From positions 1,947 to 65,946 of the forward strand of contig DATJXN010000012.1 in assembly GCA_035500095.1 (NCBI GenBank): a stretch of DNA of 64,000 nucleotides, given 5' to 3'. Position numbers and translations under genes: made by a program. The stretch is from Candidatus Binataceae bacterium (GTDB lineage Bacteria; Desulfobacterota; Binatia; Binatales; Binataceae). Each line of letters opens with the position of its first letter. Position 1 is the stretch's first letter. This document shows, piece after piece, positions 48,412 through 57,072 of the stretch. Under the pieces are notes generated by a model. It searched no databases. It was not told the DNA's origin and saw only the letters and a list, made by a program, of their open reading frames with translations.

Positions 48412-49941
48412 ATGGCGCATTATTATCCCGTGGAGGAGCTGCAGCCCTTGCATCCGCTGCTCAGGAATCTTGGAGACCAATCCGAACAGGTGGTGGAGAG
48501 GTGGTACCGACTCTACGCCGGCCGATGCGGTGAGAATCGCACTTTCGAAAGTGAGGAATTCTCCGGCATCCTGTCGCCGCTCCTTCGCAGCAGTATGACG
48601 GCACTGGTTGACGGCGACTTCCAGCAATTTGCCGCGCTCGGCAGGCTCCTGGGCGAGCGGCTGGCACGGCGTGGCGTTCCGTTCTTCGAGGTCATCCTCA
48701 CCCTGCATCTCTTTCAGGAAAGCGTCGAAGCACTCTGCCTTGAGAAAATACCGTCGCATCTGGAGACTTCCTTTTCGCAACTCTGCCATGTCCACGCGAC
48801 CCTCGTAGCTGAGGGCTATATCCGGACCGAGCCGGCGAGCTTACCGCTTCGGATCGAAACCGCCGCGGGGGACAGCGCCGAGCAGGATGTCCGCAGAGAT
48901 TTCCACGGGCTGCTGGGTGCGAGCCTCGCCATGCGGCGGATTTACGATCGTATCGAGGCCGCCGGCCGGGCCCGCGGTACGATCCTGATCGTCGGCGAGA
49001 GCGGAACGGGCAAAGAGCTGGTGGCGCGCGCCATCCATCAGGCCGGGCCGAATCCCGATGCGCCGTTCGTGGCGGTGAATTGTCCGGCGATACCGAGCGA
49101 CCTGATCGAGAGCGAGCTCTTCGGCCACAAACGCGGCTCCTTCAGCGGCGCGAGCGTCGATTACCTCGGGTTGTTCCGCGCCGCCAAGGGCGGCACCCTG
49201 CTTCTGGACGAAGTCACGGAGACGAATCTCGAGACGCAGAGCAAACTGCTGCGGGCGCTCCAGGAGCGTGCCGTGCGCCCGGTGGGCTCGGTTGCCGAAA
49301 TCACGGTCAATGTGCGCGTGATCGCTTCGACTAATCGCGCGCCCGCACAGGCAGTGCGGCAGGGGCTCTTGCGCGAGGATTTGTACTATCGGCTGCAGGC
49401 CAACGTCATCGAGATTCCGCCGCTGCACCAGCGTCCCGGAGACATCCCGCTGCTCGTCAGCCACTTCATCCGGATCTTCAACCCGCTCTCCGGGCGCTCG
49501 GTGCCGGTGACCAGCATCGCACAAGACGCAATGGCCGCGCTGCTCAGATATTCGTGGCCGGGCAACGTGCGCGAACTCTCCAACGCCATCGAGAGCGCGG
49601 TTACCTTCGGCCGCAATTCCCGGATTGGTCTGAAGGATCTGCCGCAAGCCGTGCGCCAGAATCAGCCGGACGCGGCGCCGCGGGCGCCGGGTGACGCGGC
49701 GGGCATCGAGCCGCAAGCCACCCCCGCGCGCGAGCCCGCCGCTTTCTCGCCCAAGACTTTCGACGAGACCGAGCGTGAGCTCATCGAGCGCGCTTTGCAG
49801 ACGGCCGGCCACAACAAGACTTATGCAGCCGAGTTGCTCAAGATCTCGCGCAAGAAGCTCTATGCCCGGCTGGCGAAGTACGGGCTTTTGAGCCAGCGCC
49901 GGCGCGGCGCTTCCGCCCGCTCGGTGGTCTGCGCGCCCTAG
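48412..49941 (+). CDS. sigma-54-dependent transcriptional activator (bEBP) with a non-receiver N-terminal sensor domain
   Basis: AAA+ core: GESGTGKE, ESELFGHKRGSFSGA (GAFTGA-type loop), TLLLDEV. C-terminal Fis-type HTH NKTYAAELLKISRKKLYARL. The N-terminal roughly 150 aa resemble RsbR-type non-haem globin sensor domains (VVERWYRLY...). ATG 48412 is preferred over the TTG at 48403. Confidence 0.88.
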   Translation: MAHYYPVEELQPLHPLLRNLGDQSEQVVERWYRLYAGRCGENRTFESEEFSGILSPLLRSSMTALVDGDFQQFAALGRLLGERLARRGVPFFEVILTLHLFQESVEALCLEKIPSHLETSFSQLCHVHATLVAEGYIRTEPASLPLRIETAAGDSAEQDVRRDFHGLLGASLAMRRIYDRIEAAGRARGTILIVGESGTGKELVARAIHQAGPNPDAPFVAVNCPAIPSDLIESELFGHKRGSFSGASVDYLGLFRAAKGGTLLLDEVTETNLETQSKLLRALQERAVRPVGSVAEITVNVRVIASTNRAPAQAVRQGLLREDLYYRLQANVIEIPPLHQRPGDIPLLVSHFIRIFNPLSGRSVPVTSIAQDAMAALLRYSWPGNVRELSNAIESAVTFGRNSRIGLKDLPQAVRQNQPDAAPRAPGDAAGIEPQATPAREPAAFSPKTFDETERELIERALQTAGHNKTYAAELLKISRKKLYARLAKYGLLSQRRRGASARSVVCAP

Positions 49942-49980
49942 CTTGACAGGCGTCCCGCCGCGTCCTGGCGCGCCCGCCTT

Positions 49981-50009
49981 CCGGTCTCCGCTCATATTGA
50001 CCGGCTTTT
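49981..50009 (+). terminator. weak hairpin plus T4 after the bEBP gene
   Basis: CCGGTC-12 nt-GACCGG followed by CTTTTC. Short stem, so low confidence. Confidence 0.3.
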
Positions 50010-50087
50010 CCGATTCGCCGCTCATGGTATCCTCACCGTCGCTTAAACGTCGCCCGCCTGTGATATCCACTATCCGGCTTAGCCAGT

Positions 50088-51041
50088 TCATTTGAGTATC
50101 GGGGTGGTCGCACCGGTGCTGGCCGAACCGGTTGGGCCCGGCTGCGCGTTGGGTACCGACTGCTGGATGAAATAGCAGTTGATAGTTCCCTGGTTGTCGA
50201 TTGAAACTATCCACATCATGGCGAATCCCTTCATCGGGACCTGCGATTTGCCGTTGATGTTGCTGAAGTCCACGATCGGAATCAGCATCACGCGCGGGTC
50301 GTTCAGGTCGTGATTCTGGAAGGTGCCGGTCGAGAACTGATTCTGGCCCATGCTCAGGCGGTACTGAAAGGCGCTGGTGGTGGGCCCGACGACATTGCCC
50401 GGCTCGGTATCGAGCATGTTGCCGACGCTGACCTTGCCGGGATAGCCGCTCTGGATATTGGTTGAATAGTTGCTTGCGCCGTTTCCGCCGAGCGCCAGCG
50501 GAGCCCAGTTGCCGGCCCCCACCTGTCCCTGCTTAAGCTGCACCGGGCCGAAGTTCAGGTCGGTTCTATAGTCAATTCCGATCGGCACCAGGCCGGTGGC
50601 CGCTCTTATCGGCACGATAAACGCGCTTGCGCTCGTCCTGACGCCGGTTCCGGCGCTCGTGTTTTCCCCTGGTGCGGACTGTGCATGCGCGGTTCCTTCG
50701 CCCAGCACCGCGCAAAACAAGCACGGAAGATTGCGGCTGCTAGTCATCAGGACGGTCTTGTTGTCCGGGCTCACCGTGCATGAAACGATCTCGCTGGCCT
50801 TGATGCCGTTGCGCTCCGCGTAGTTCTCGGCGACGGATACCGCCTGGGAAGGATATGATGGAAGATAGAGCGCGCCTGACAGCACGCCGCTGTCGATCGC
50901 GACCTGCATACTCACCTGGTTGAAGTAGAGATTGCCGACATCCATCACCAGCGTGAGAACGCCGACGAGTGCGGGCAGCGCCAGGATTACTATGAACATG
51001 GCCTGGCCTCTTGAAGCTCGCAGCTTGAGTAATGATTTCAT
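50088..51041 (-). CDS. TadG-like / TadE-G-like N-terminal domain pilus-assembly family protein
   Basis: N-terminus RGQAMFIVILALPALVGVLTLVMDVGNLY is the Flp pilus-assembly TadE/G-like signature. 317 aa, Gly/Ser/Thr/Asn-rich and secreted-like. Confidence 0.7.
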   Translation of the reverse strand: MKSLLKLRASRGQAMFIVILALPALVGVLTLVMDVGNLYFNQVSMQVAIDSGVLSGALYLPSYPSQAVSVAENYAERNGIKASEIVSCTVSPDNKTVLMTSSRNLPCLFCAVLGEGTAHAQSAPGENTSAGTGVRTSASAFIVPIRAATGLVPIGIDYRTDLNFGPVQLKQGQVGAGNWAPLALGGNGASNYSTNIQSGYPGKVSVGNMLDTEPGNVVGPTTSAFQYRLSMGQNQFSTGTFQNHDLNDPRVMLIPIVDFSNINGKSQVPMKGFAMMWIVSIDNQGTINCYFIQQSVPNAQPGPTGSASTGATTPILK

Positions 51042-51060
51042 GGTCTATACCTCGATATAG

Positions 51061-51561
51061 TTAGAACGTTCGGACGTTTTGAATGTGCTCAAGGCCCAAA
51101 GCCTTTAAATGTTGACCCAGGATCCCGGCGTTGGCGAACGTGAACGGCGGACGGGTGTCCTCCCACGGCTCGGGCGAACTGGATTCGAGTAGGGCGAGCG
51201 CTCTTTCGTGTCGGGCTATTTTCTGCTGCAGAACGATGCTTCGCCTGAACGTCGGACGGCGGGTTCCGTCTTCATACGTATCTGCGGCGGTCGCGGCCGC
51301 CTGCGCTTCGCGCGCTCTCGGATCGAAGGGCTTGGGCAGGATCGTTGAGGGCTGCCGGATCGGAATGTCCCACGCATCGCCGACGGCCGCCATCGCTACC
51401 GCATCGAAGTGAGCAACCGCGCTCGGCACCGCCCCCCAACGCTTGCGATACTTCCAGCGGCGGAGCCGGTCGGAAAAGAACACGGCGCTCATGCAAAACG
51501 AGGCGACCTCGGCGGAAACGATAACGGTTGCCACTGTGTTGAGATGGTTGATCCAGTTCAT
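51061..51561 (-). CDS. hypothetical membrane-anchored protein
   Basis: 166 aa with one N-terminal hydrophobic segment (VATVIVSAEVASFCMSAVFF). GGAGG RBS at 51571-51575. Sits between the TadE-like and TadG-like genes. I recognise no family. Confidence 0.5.
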   Translation of the reverse strand: MNWINHLNTVATVIVSAEVASFCMSAVFFSDRLRRWKYRKRWGAVPSAVAHFDAVAMAAVGDAWDIPIRQPSTILPKPFDPRAREAQAAATAADTYEDGTRRPTFRRSIVLQQKIARHERALALLESSSPEPWEDTRPPFTFANAGILGQHLKALGLEHIQNVRTF

Positions 51562-51595
51562 GGCTTGGTACCTCCTTGCGACGGCTCGCGCACGG

Positions 51596-52068
51596 CTACT
51601 GGCTCATCGCGATGTCCGTCGAACTGATGGTCGCGGGAAAACTGATCACCGACGGCACCGCGATCGTCGGTCCGGTGAAGCTCACTGACACGGATACCGG
51701 GCTACCGTGACTTCGCGGCATGGTCGTCGGTGACATCGAGACTTGAATCGTGCCCTGCTTGAGTGCGAGCGGCTCGGACTGTGAAACGAAAGCGAGGACG
51801 GTGTCGCTACTGTATCCGGGATTGGCAGCGGCGTAGCGGGCGCCCTGCTAGGCGAGCTGTTTCACCGCGATCCCGCGATTGAGCACGATGGAACCTTCGA
51901 TCGCGGTGATGATCACCACCGCGACTCCCAGCACCGTGAACACCATCTCGACGTAGGACTGCCCGCCCTGGGTGCCCTGCAGACTGGTCTTCGCCGCCCT
52001 CAGAGCGCGCTACCATTTGCGAATCGGCGCAGGTAAAGGGCGGTTAAAAATCTGTAGTGTCTGGACAT
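51596..52068 (-). pseudogene. TadE-like gene disrupted by a frameshift and an in-frame TAG
   Basis: GGAGGA RBS (52075-52080) and ATG 52068 open MSRHYRFLTALYLRRFANGSAL, which hits TGA at 52002-52000. The neighbouring frame continues RALRAAKTSLQGTQGGQSYVEMVFTVLGVAVVIITAIEGSIVLNRGIAVKQLA, then TAG (51850-51848). It resumes QGARYAAANPGYSSDTVLAFVSQSEPLALKQGTIQVSMSPTT...VSVSVSFTGPTIAVP...IAMSQ, stop 51598-51596. The GQSxVE...EG...GARYAA pattern is TadE-like. Confidence 0.6.
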
Positions 52069-52168
52069 TCTTCTTCCTCCTGAAAACAACTGAGTATTCG
52101 GTTCATTGCGCATTACGATGCATACTTGGATTAGACTTTCGCCCGCTCCAATTCTCGCCAGATAGAGG

Positions 52169-52184
52169 AGCATAGGCCGTGCCA
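52169..52184 (-). promoter_or_regulatory. sigma-54 (-24/-12) promoter upstream of the Tad-like cluster
   Basis: The minus strand reads TGGCACGGCCTATGCT, matching TGGCACG-N4-TTGCW at all but one core position. About 100 nt upstream of ATG 52068, in a 38% GC stretch (hand count of 52081-52140). Confidence 0.7.
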
Positions 52185-52240
52185 GCCAAGAATTGACTGT
52201 ATATAGGCTGAAGAATGGGAAATAAGCGTTAAAAGGAGCG

Positions 52241-52276
52241 TGCTACTTTAAGTAGCATAGCGTAGCCGAGAGTAGC
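52241..52276. promoter_or_regulatory. candidate enhancer (UAS): palindrome plus helically phased GTAGC repeats
   Basis: TGCTACTTtAAGTAGCA is a perfect 8-1-8 palindrome (52241-52257). GCTAC/GTAGC pentamers begin at 52242, 52252, 52262 and 52272, exactly 10 bp apart, and lie 60-90 bp upstream of the -24 element. Confidence 0.5.
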
Positions 52277-52522
52277 GAATCGTGCCCGCCGGATACGCCG
52301 CACGCGTCGAGAACCACACAGGCTGATCAAAATGTATCCGCCGAGCGTGTCTGTACACGCCTGGTACCTGCGCATAGGTAGCGATTCGTCCGTTCAGGAC
52401 ACGCTTCGTTTCCTGTCGGGCCTGCGAACGACCGAACTAGGCGAGCGCGTCCGCTGTCGACCTCGGGTCTCGTCTTTGTTTTGCCTCCGGCCGGGCCGGA
52501 AGCGGCGAAGCTGTAAGGAGGG

Positions 52523-53710
52523 TCAGCCCTTGGGGAGACCGAGGACGCGCTCGCCGATGATGTTGTGCTGGATCTCGTTGGTGCCGGCGGCGATCGTGCC
52601 TCGGCGCGCGGCGAGCAGCCGATGCGACCATTTGCCGTGGTCGATAGCGCCGGCGGCGCGGTACTCGAACTGGCCATAAGCGCCCAGCAGTTCCATCGCG
52701 AACGACTGGATTCGCAGGTTCAGGTCGGTGGTCCCCAGTTTCATGATCGAGCCTTCGGGGCCGGGCGGCAGTCCCTTGAGCTGGCGCGTCAACTGCCGAT
52801 AGCTGGTGTACTTGAGCGCCTCCGCCTCGCACGCGAAGCGCGCGACTCGCTGGCGCACGTAGCTGTCGTTCCAGGCCGGGCGGCCGTTGCGCTCGACCTT
52901 CTTCGCCAGCGCGGCGAGCTGGCGCACCTCGACCATCATGTCCGTGCGGCCGCCATGAATCGTCCGCTCGAACATCATGTTGGTCATCGCGACCATCCAG
53001 CCCTGGTTCTTCTGTCCCACCAGGTTCGCCCTGGGCACGATGACGTCCTCGAAAAAAACCTGGTTGAAGCCGCTCTCGCCCGTCATCTGCACCAGCGGGC
53101 GCACGGTCACGCCGGGGCTCTTCATATCGATCAGCAGGTAGCTGAGGCCCTTGTGCTTGGGCAGCGTGGGATCGGTCCGGCAGAGCAGCGTGCTGAAGTC
53201 AGCGTGATGGGCGTTGGACGTCCACACCTTCGAGCCGTTGACGACGAAGTGATCGCCCTCGTCGACGGCGCGGGTTTCGACCGCGGCGAGGTCGGAGCCG
53301 TGGTTGGGCTCCGACAATCCCTGGCACCAGATTTCCTCGGCCGACGGAATTTTAGGAATGAAGCGCCGCTTCTGTTCGGGCGTGCCCCACTGCATCAGGG
53401 TCGGACCGACGCGCGCGATGCCCTGGAAGTTGACCGTGGGCGGCGCCTTGGCGCGGTCGAGTTCCTGCGAATAGACGATCTGCTGGAGGAGGGTCGCGCC
53501 GCGCCCACCGTACTCCTTCGGCCAGTGGATACACATCCAGCCGCCGTCGTAGAGCTTACGATGCCATCGGCGGCGGCGCTCGAACTCGTCCCTGGTTTCG
53601 GGATCGTGCAGTTCGCCCTCGTCGTGCCAGTCGCGCGGCAGGTTTTCTTCCAGCCAGGCTCTGAACTCGCGGCGAAGCGCCTCGTCCTCGTCGCTGAACT
53701 TGAAATCCAT
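52523..53710 (-). CDS. acyl-CoA dehydrogenase
   Basis: Start ATG 53710 (MDFKFSDEDEALRREFRAWLEENLP). C-terminal TIAAGTNEIQHNIIGERVLGLPKG. Confidence 0.9.
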   Translation of the reverse strand: MDFKFSDEDEALRREFRAWLEENLPRDWHDEGELHDPETRDEFERRRRWHRKLYDGGWMCIHWPKEYGGRGATLLQQIVYSQELDRAKAPPTVNFQGIARVGPTLMQWGTPEQKRRFIPKIPSAEEIWCQGLSEPNHGSDLAAVETRAVDEGDHFVVNGSKVWTSNAHHADFSTLLCRTDPTLPKHKGLSYLLIDMKSPGVTVRPLVQMTGESGFNQVFFEDVIVPRANLVGQKNQGWMVAMTNMMFERTIHGGRTDMMVEVRQLAALAKKVERNGRPAWNDSYVRQRVARFACEAEALKYTSYRQLTRQLKGLPPGPEGSIMKLGTTDLNLRIQSFAMELLGAYGQFEYRAAGAIDHGKWSHRLLAARRGTIAAGTNEIQHNIIGERVLGLPKG

Positions 53711-53877
53711 CGCTACGCCTCCGCAACGCTCTCCGCGCAATCCGCTGCCGCGGCGACTGTAGCACAGCGGCGCCGTCGCAGATTACGGCCGCGCGGAGCC
53801 GCGTCGCTTGTCGGATCGCTTTGCGGTTGGCTAGTGTCAGAACCCGAAACTCAAGTCCGGCGCGAGGGTTCAGGGCG

Positions 53878-54693
53878 ATGGAACAGGAACTGGCAGGCAA
53901 GGTCGCGATCGTCACCGGCGCGGGACGGATGCGCAGCATCGGCCGCCCGATCGCGAAGCGGCTCGCGCAGGCGGGCGCGGCGATCGTGATCAGCGGAACC
54001 GGGCGTCCGCCCGAGCGCTATCCCGACGACGAGAAGGCGGCCGGATGGCGCGATATCGACAGCGTCGCCGAAGAGATCCGGCAGGCGGGCGGACGCTGCC
54101 TGGCGCTGGTCTCGGACATCGCCGACCCGCGCGCGGTTGACGCGCTGGTCGAGCGCACCGTCGCCGAGTTCGGCCGCGTCGACATCCTGATCAACAACGC
54201 GAGTGCCGCCCGCGGCGAGGACCGCGTCGCCGCGATCGAGGTCAAGTACGACGTGTGGAAGAAGGTGATGGTGACCAACGTGGACGGGACGTTCCTGATG
54301 TCGTGTGCGGCGGCGCGCGGGATGATCGCACAGGGCCACGGCGGCAGCATCGTCAACATCTCCTCGATCGCAAGCAAGATCGCGGCGGCCAGGTCGGCCG
54401 CCTACGCCGCCTCCAAGGCCGCGGTCAACGCGCTCAGCCGCTCGATGGCGCTCGACCTGGCGCCCAACGGCATCCGCGTCAACGCGATCTGTCCCGGCCT
54501 AATCGACACTTTCCGCCTCGACGACCTCGGCCGCGGCGAGAGCTGGGAGAAACTGGTCAAGAGTTTCATTCCGCTGGGTTACGCGGGCGACGGCACCGAG
54601 TGCGCGGAACTGGTGCTGTTCCTGGTGAGTGATCGCGGCAAGTGGATCACGGGCCAGGCGATGAATATCGACGGCGGATCGATTTGGGGATAG
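53878..54693 (+). CDS. SDR-family oxidoreductase
   Basis: GKVAIVTGAGRMRSIG, NNAS, and catalytic YAASKAAV (YxxxK). Confidence 0.88.
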   Translation: MEQELAGKVAIVTGAGRMRSIGRPIAKRLAQAGAAIVISGTGRPPERYPDDEKAAGWRDIDSVAEEIRQAGGRCLALVSDIADPRAVDALVERTVAEFGRVDILINNASAARGEDRVAAIEVKYDVWKKVMVTNVDGTFLMSCAAARGMIAQGHGGSIVNISSIASKIAAARSAAYAASKAAVNALSRSMALDLAPNGIRVNAICPGLIDTFRLDDLGRGESWEKLVKSFIPLGYAGDGTECAELVLFLVSDRGKWITGQAMNIDGGSIWG

Positions 54694-54696
54694 CCG

Positions 54697-55449
54697 ATGA
54701 GCTCTGACGTCGTCCTTTACGAGTCAAAGGAAAGCATCGCGACGATCACGCTGAATCGCCCGGACAAGCTCAATGCGCTGTCCAACGCGCTGGTCGGCGA
54801 ACTGCGCGACGCGCTGATCCATTTCGAAAAGAGCGATGATCGCGTCGCGGTCCTGACCGGCGCGGGCGAGCGCGCCTTTTCCGCCGGCGCCGATCTCCGC
54901 GATCCTCCGCGCGACCCGGAGCTATGGGAATGCATGCCGGGGGTCGGAGTGCCGCTCAGCAAGCCGATCATCGCGTCGGTCGCGGGCCATTGCGTCGGCG
55001 GCGGCGTATGCCTGGTCGAGTTCTGCACACTGGCGGTGGCCGCCGACAACGCGGATTTCTCCTATCCCGAGGCGCAACTGGGCTTCTGCGGCGGCCTGAT
55101 CGCCGGCCTCGCCGTGCGAATTCCGTACAAGGTCGCGATGGAGCTGATGCTGACCGGCGCGCACATGAAGGCCGCGCGGGCCTACGAAGTCGGGATGGTC
55201 AACGCCGTGGTGCCGCTTGCGGAGCGGATGGAAGCCGCCTACGGCTACGCGCGCAGGCTCGCAGAGAGCGCGCCGCTGGTGCTGGGACTGCTCGAGACCT
55301 TCACCCGCGACATGCTCTTGCCGCGCGGCCCGTCGGAAATGTCCGCGATCGCGCGGCGGTATCTGCTGCGCGTCGCGCACTCCGAGGACGCGAGGGAGGG
55401 CGCGCGGTCGTTCGCCGAAAAGCGCAAACCGCGCTTTACCGGCCGCTAG
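54697..55449 (+). CDS. enoyl-CoA hydratase/isomerase (crotonase) family protein
   Basis: ITLNRPDKLNAL...GAGERAFSAGADLRD...GHCVGGG. Confidence 0.88.
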   Translation: MSSDVVLYESKESIATITLNRPDKLNALSNALVGELRDALIHFEKSDDRVAVLTGAGERAFSAGADLRDPPRDPELWECMPGVGVPLSKPIIASVAGHCVGGGVCLVEFCTLAVAADNADFSYPEAQLGFCGGLIAGLAVRIPYKVAMELMLTGAHMKAARAYEVGMVNAVVPLAERMEAAYGYARRLAESAPLVLGLLETFTRDMLLPRGPSEMSAIARRYLLRVAHSEDAREGARSFAEKRKPRFTGR

Positions 55450-55576
55450 CCGAGAACCTCCACGTTGCGGCAAACCGGCCGCTGTGACTATCGTCTCTGA
55501 TGGGGAACGTCAGGGCCGCCGCCAATCCATCCTCGCCGTCCCCCGATTCGGCGCACGCCGAAATGGAGACTATCCG

Positions 55577-55771
55577 ATGAAAGTCGTTGTGGATCACAAT
55601 CTTTGCGAGGGTAACGGGCGCTGCGTCGAAGTCGCGCCCCAGGTCTTCGAGCTTCGCGACGACGATCGCAGCTACGTGCTGCTCGAAAATCTGCCGCAGG
55701 ATCTGCGCGCCAAGGCAGAGCTCGCGACGACGCTCTGTCCGCGCCAGGCTATCCGCCTGGTCGAGGATTAA
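55577..55771 (+). CDS. small ferredoxin (P450-associated, single-cluster type)
   Basis: 64 aa, MKVVVDHNLCEGNGRCVEVAPQVF...CPRQAIRL. GGAGA RBS. Ends 6 nt before the P450 start. Confidence 0.8.
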   Translation: MKVVVDHNLCEGNGRCVEVAPQVFELRDDDRSYVLLENLPQDLRAKAELATTLCPRQAIRLVED

Positions 55772-55777
55772 CCCGCC

Positions 55778-57019
55778 ATGGCAGCACTGACCCTCGAAAC
55801 GCTCGACATCGTCGATCCCGACCTTTACGTCCAGCGCGGCTATCCGTTCGAGGAGTGGGCGCTGCTCCGCAAGGAAGCGCCGGTCTTCCGCTACGAGCGG
55901 CCCGCGGTGGAGCCCTTCTGGGCCATCACCAAACACACCGATTTGGTCAACGTCTCGCGCCAGCCCGAATTGTTCAGAAGCCGCCAGATTCTGTTCGTCA
56001 CCAAGGACGAACCCGGGTCGCCGCTGCCCGAAGAGCCGGTGCTGCGCCAGCTGCTCAATATGAATCCGCCCGAGCACGGGGAATTGCGCCGGGTGGTCAA
56101 TCAGCGCTTCACGCCGCGTGCGGTGCAGCAACTGAAGGATCAGATCGAAAAGATCACGACCGAGACGCTCGACGGCCTCGTGGGGCGCGAGGAATGCGAC
56201 TTCGTGACCGAGGTTTCGGCCAAGCTTCCGCTCGCGGTGATCGCCGAGATGTTCGGCATCCCGCGCGAAGACTGGGCGATGATGTTTCGGCTGAGCAACG
56301 CGATGATCGGGCCGGCGGATCCGGAGTACGGCGGCAGCGCTACGATCAAGGAAAACCTCGAACGCGCGCGGATGGAATTTTTCCAGTATTTCAGCCAGCT
56401 CTGCGAGGAGCGGAAGAAAAGCCCGCGCAACGACCTCGCAAGCGCCCTGGCCAACGGCAAGGCCTTCGGCGAGCCGCTGCCGCCCTTCGAGCTCCTGTCC
56501 TATTTCGCGCTGCTCATCATCGCGGGCAACGAGACCACGCGCAACGCGACCACCGGCGGGCTGCACGCCCTGATAAGCCATCCCGACCAATGGAAACGGC
56601 TGCGCAAGGATCCCTCGCTCGCTCCCAAGGCGACCGAGGAGATCGTGCGATGGACCTCGCCGGTGATCCAGTTCACCCGTACGGCCACCGCCGACACCGT
56701 GCTCCACGACCAGCAGCTTCGCGAGGGCGACGTGCTGGCGCTCTTCTATCCCTCGGCCGCGCGCGACGAGGACGTTTTCGAGCGGCCCGACACGTTCGAC
56801 ATCGGACGGTATCCCAACCCGCACGTCTCCTTCGGCATCGGCGAGCACTTCTGCCTCGGCGCGAACCTCGCACGCCTGGAGCTGCAGGTGATGTTTCGCC
56901 AACTGGCGGAGCGGATGGAATTCGTCGAGCTGGCGGGGCCGACGCAGCGGATGCGCTCGAGCTTCGTCGGCGGAATCAAGCACATGCCGATTCGTTACCG
57001 GATTCGCCCCCGCGCTTGA
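55778..57019 (+). CDS. cytochrome P450
   Basis: I-helix AGNETT, EEIVRW (ExxR) and haem ligand loop FGIGEHFCLGANLARLE. Confidence 0.93.
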   Translation: MAALTLETLDIVDPDLYVQRGYPFEEWALLRKEAPVFRYERPAVEPFWAITKHTDLVNVSRQPELFRSRQILFVTKDEPGSPLPEEPVLRQLLNMNPPEHGELRRVVNQRFTPRAVQQLKDQIEKITTETLDGLVGREECDFVTEVSAKLPLAVIAEMFGIPREDWAMMFRLSNAMIGPADPEYGGSATIKENLERARMEFFQYFSQLCEERKKSPRNDLASALANGKAFGEPLPPFELLSYFALLIIAGNETTRNATTGGLHALISHPDQWKRLRKDPSLAPKATEEIVRWTSPVIQFTRTATADTVLHDQQLREGDVLALFYPSAARDEDVFERPDTFDIGRYPNPHVSFGIGEHFCLGANLARLELQVMFRQLAERMEFVELAGPTQRMRSSFVGGIKHMPIRYRIRPRA

Positions 57020-57072
57020 TTCGCGCGCGCCGCACGCATCGACTGAGCGCTGGGCGAGGAACGTGTCGCGGG

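Noticed and set aside
51848-51850. TAG reassignment (for example pyrrolysine or a sense codon) as an explanation for the in-frame amber
   Set aside because: TAG terminates several well-supported genes here (the DAO-type gene at 1008-1006, nuoD at 20657-20659, the bEBP at 49939-49941). No pyl genes are visible, and the same gene also carries a frameshift.
52069-52160. Possible Flp pilin gene in the leader between the sigma-54 promoter and the TadE-like gene
   Set aside because: Translation of the minus strand gives no ORF with a G/xxxxEY-type Flp motif. The only start with an RBS is ATG 52068 itself.
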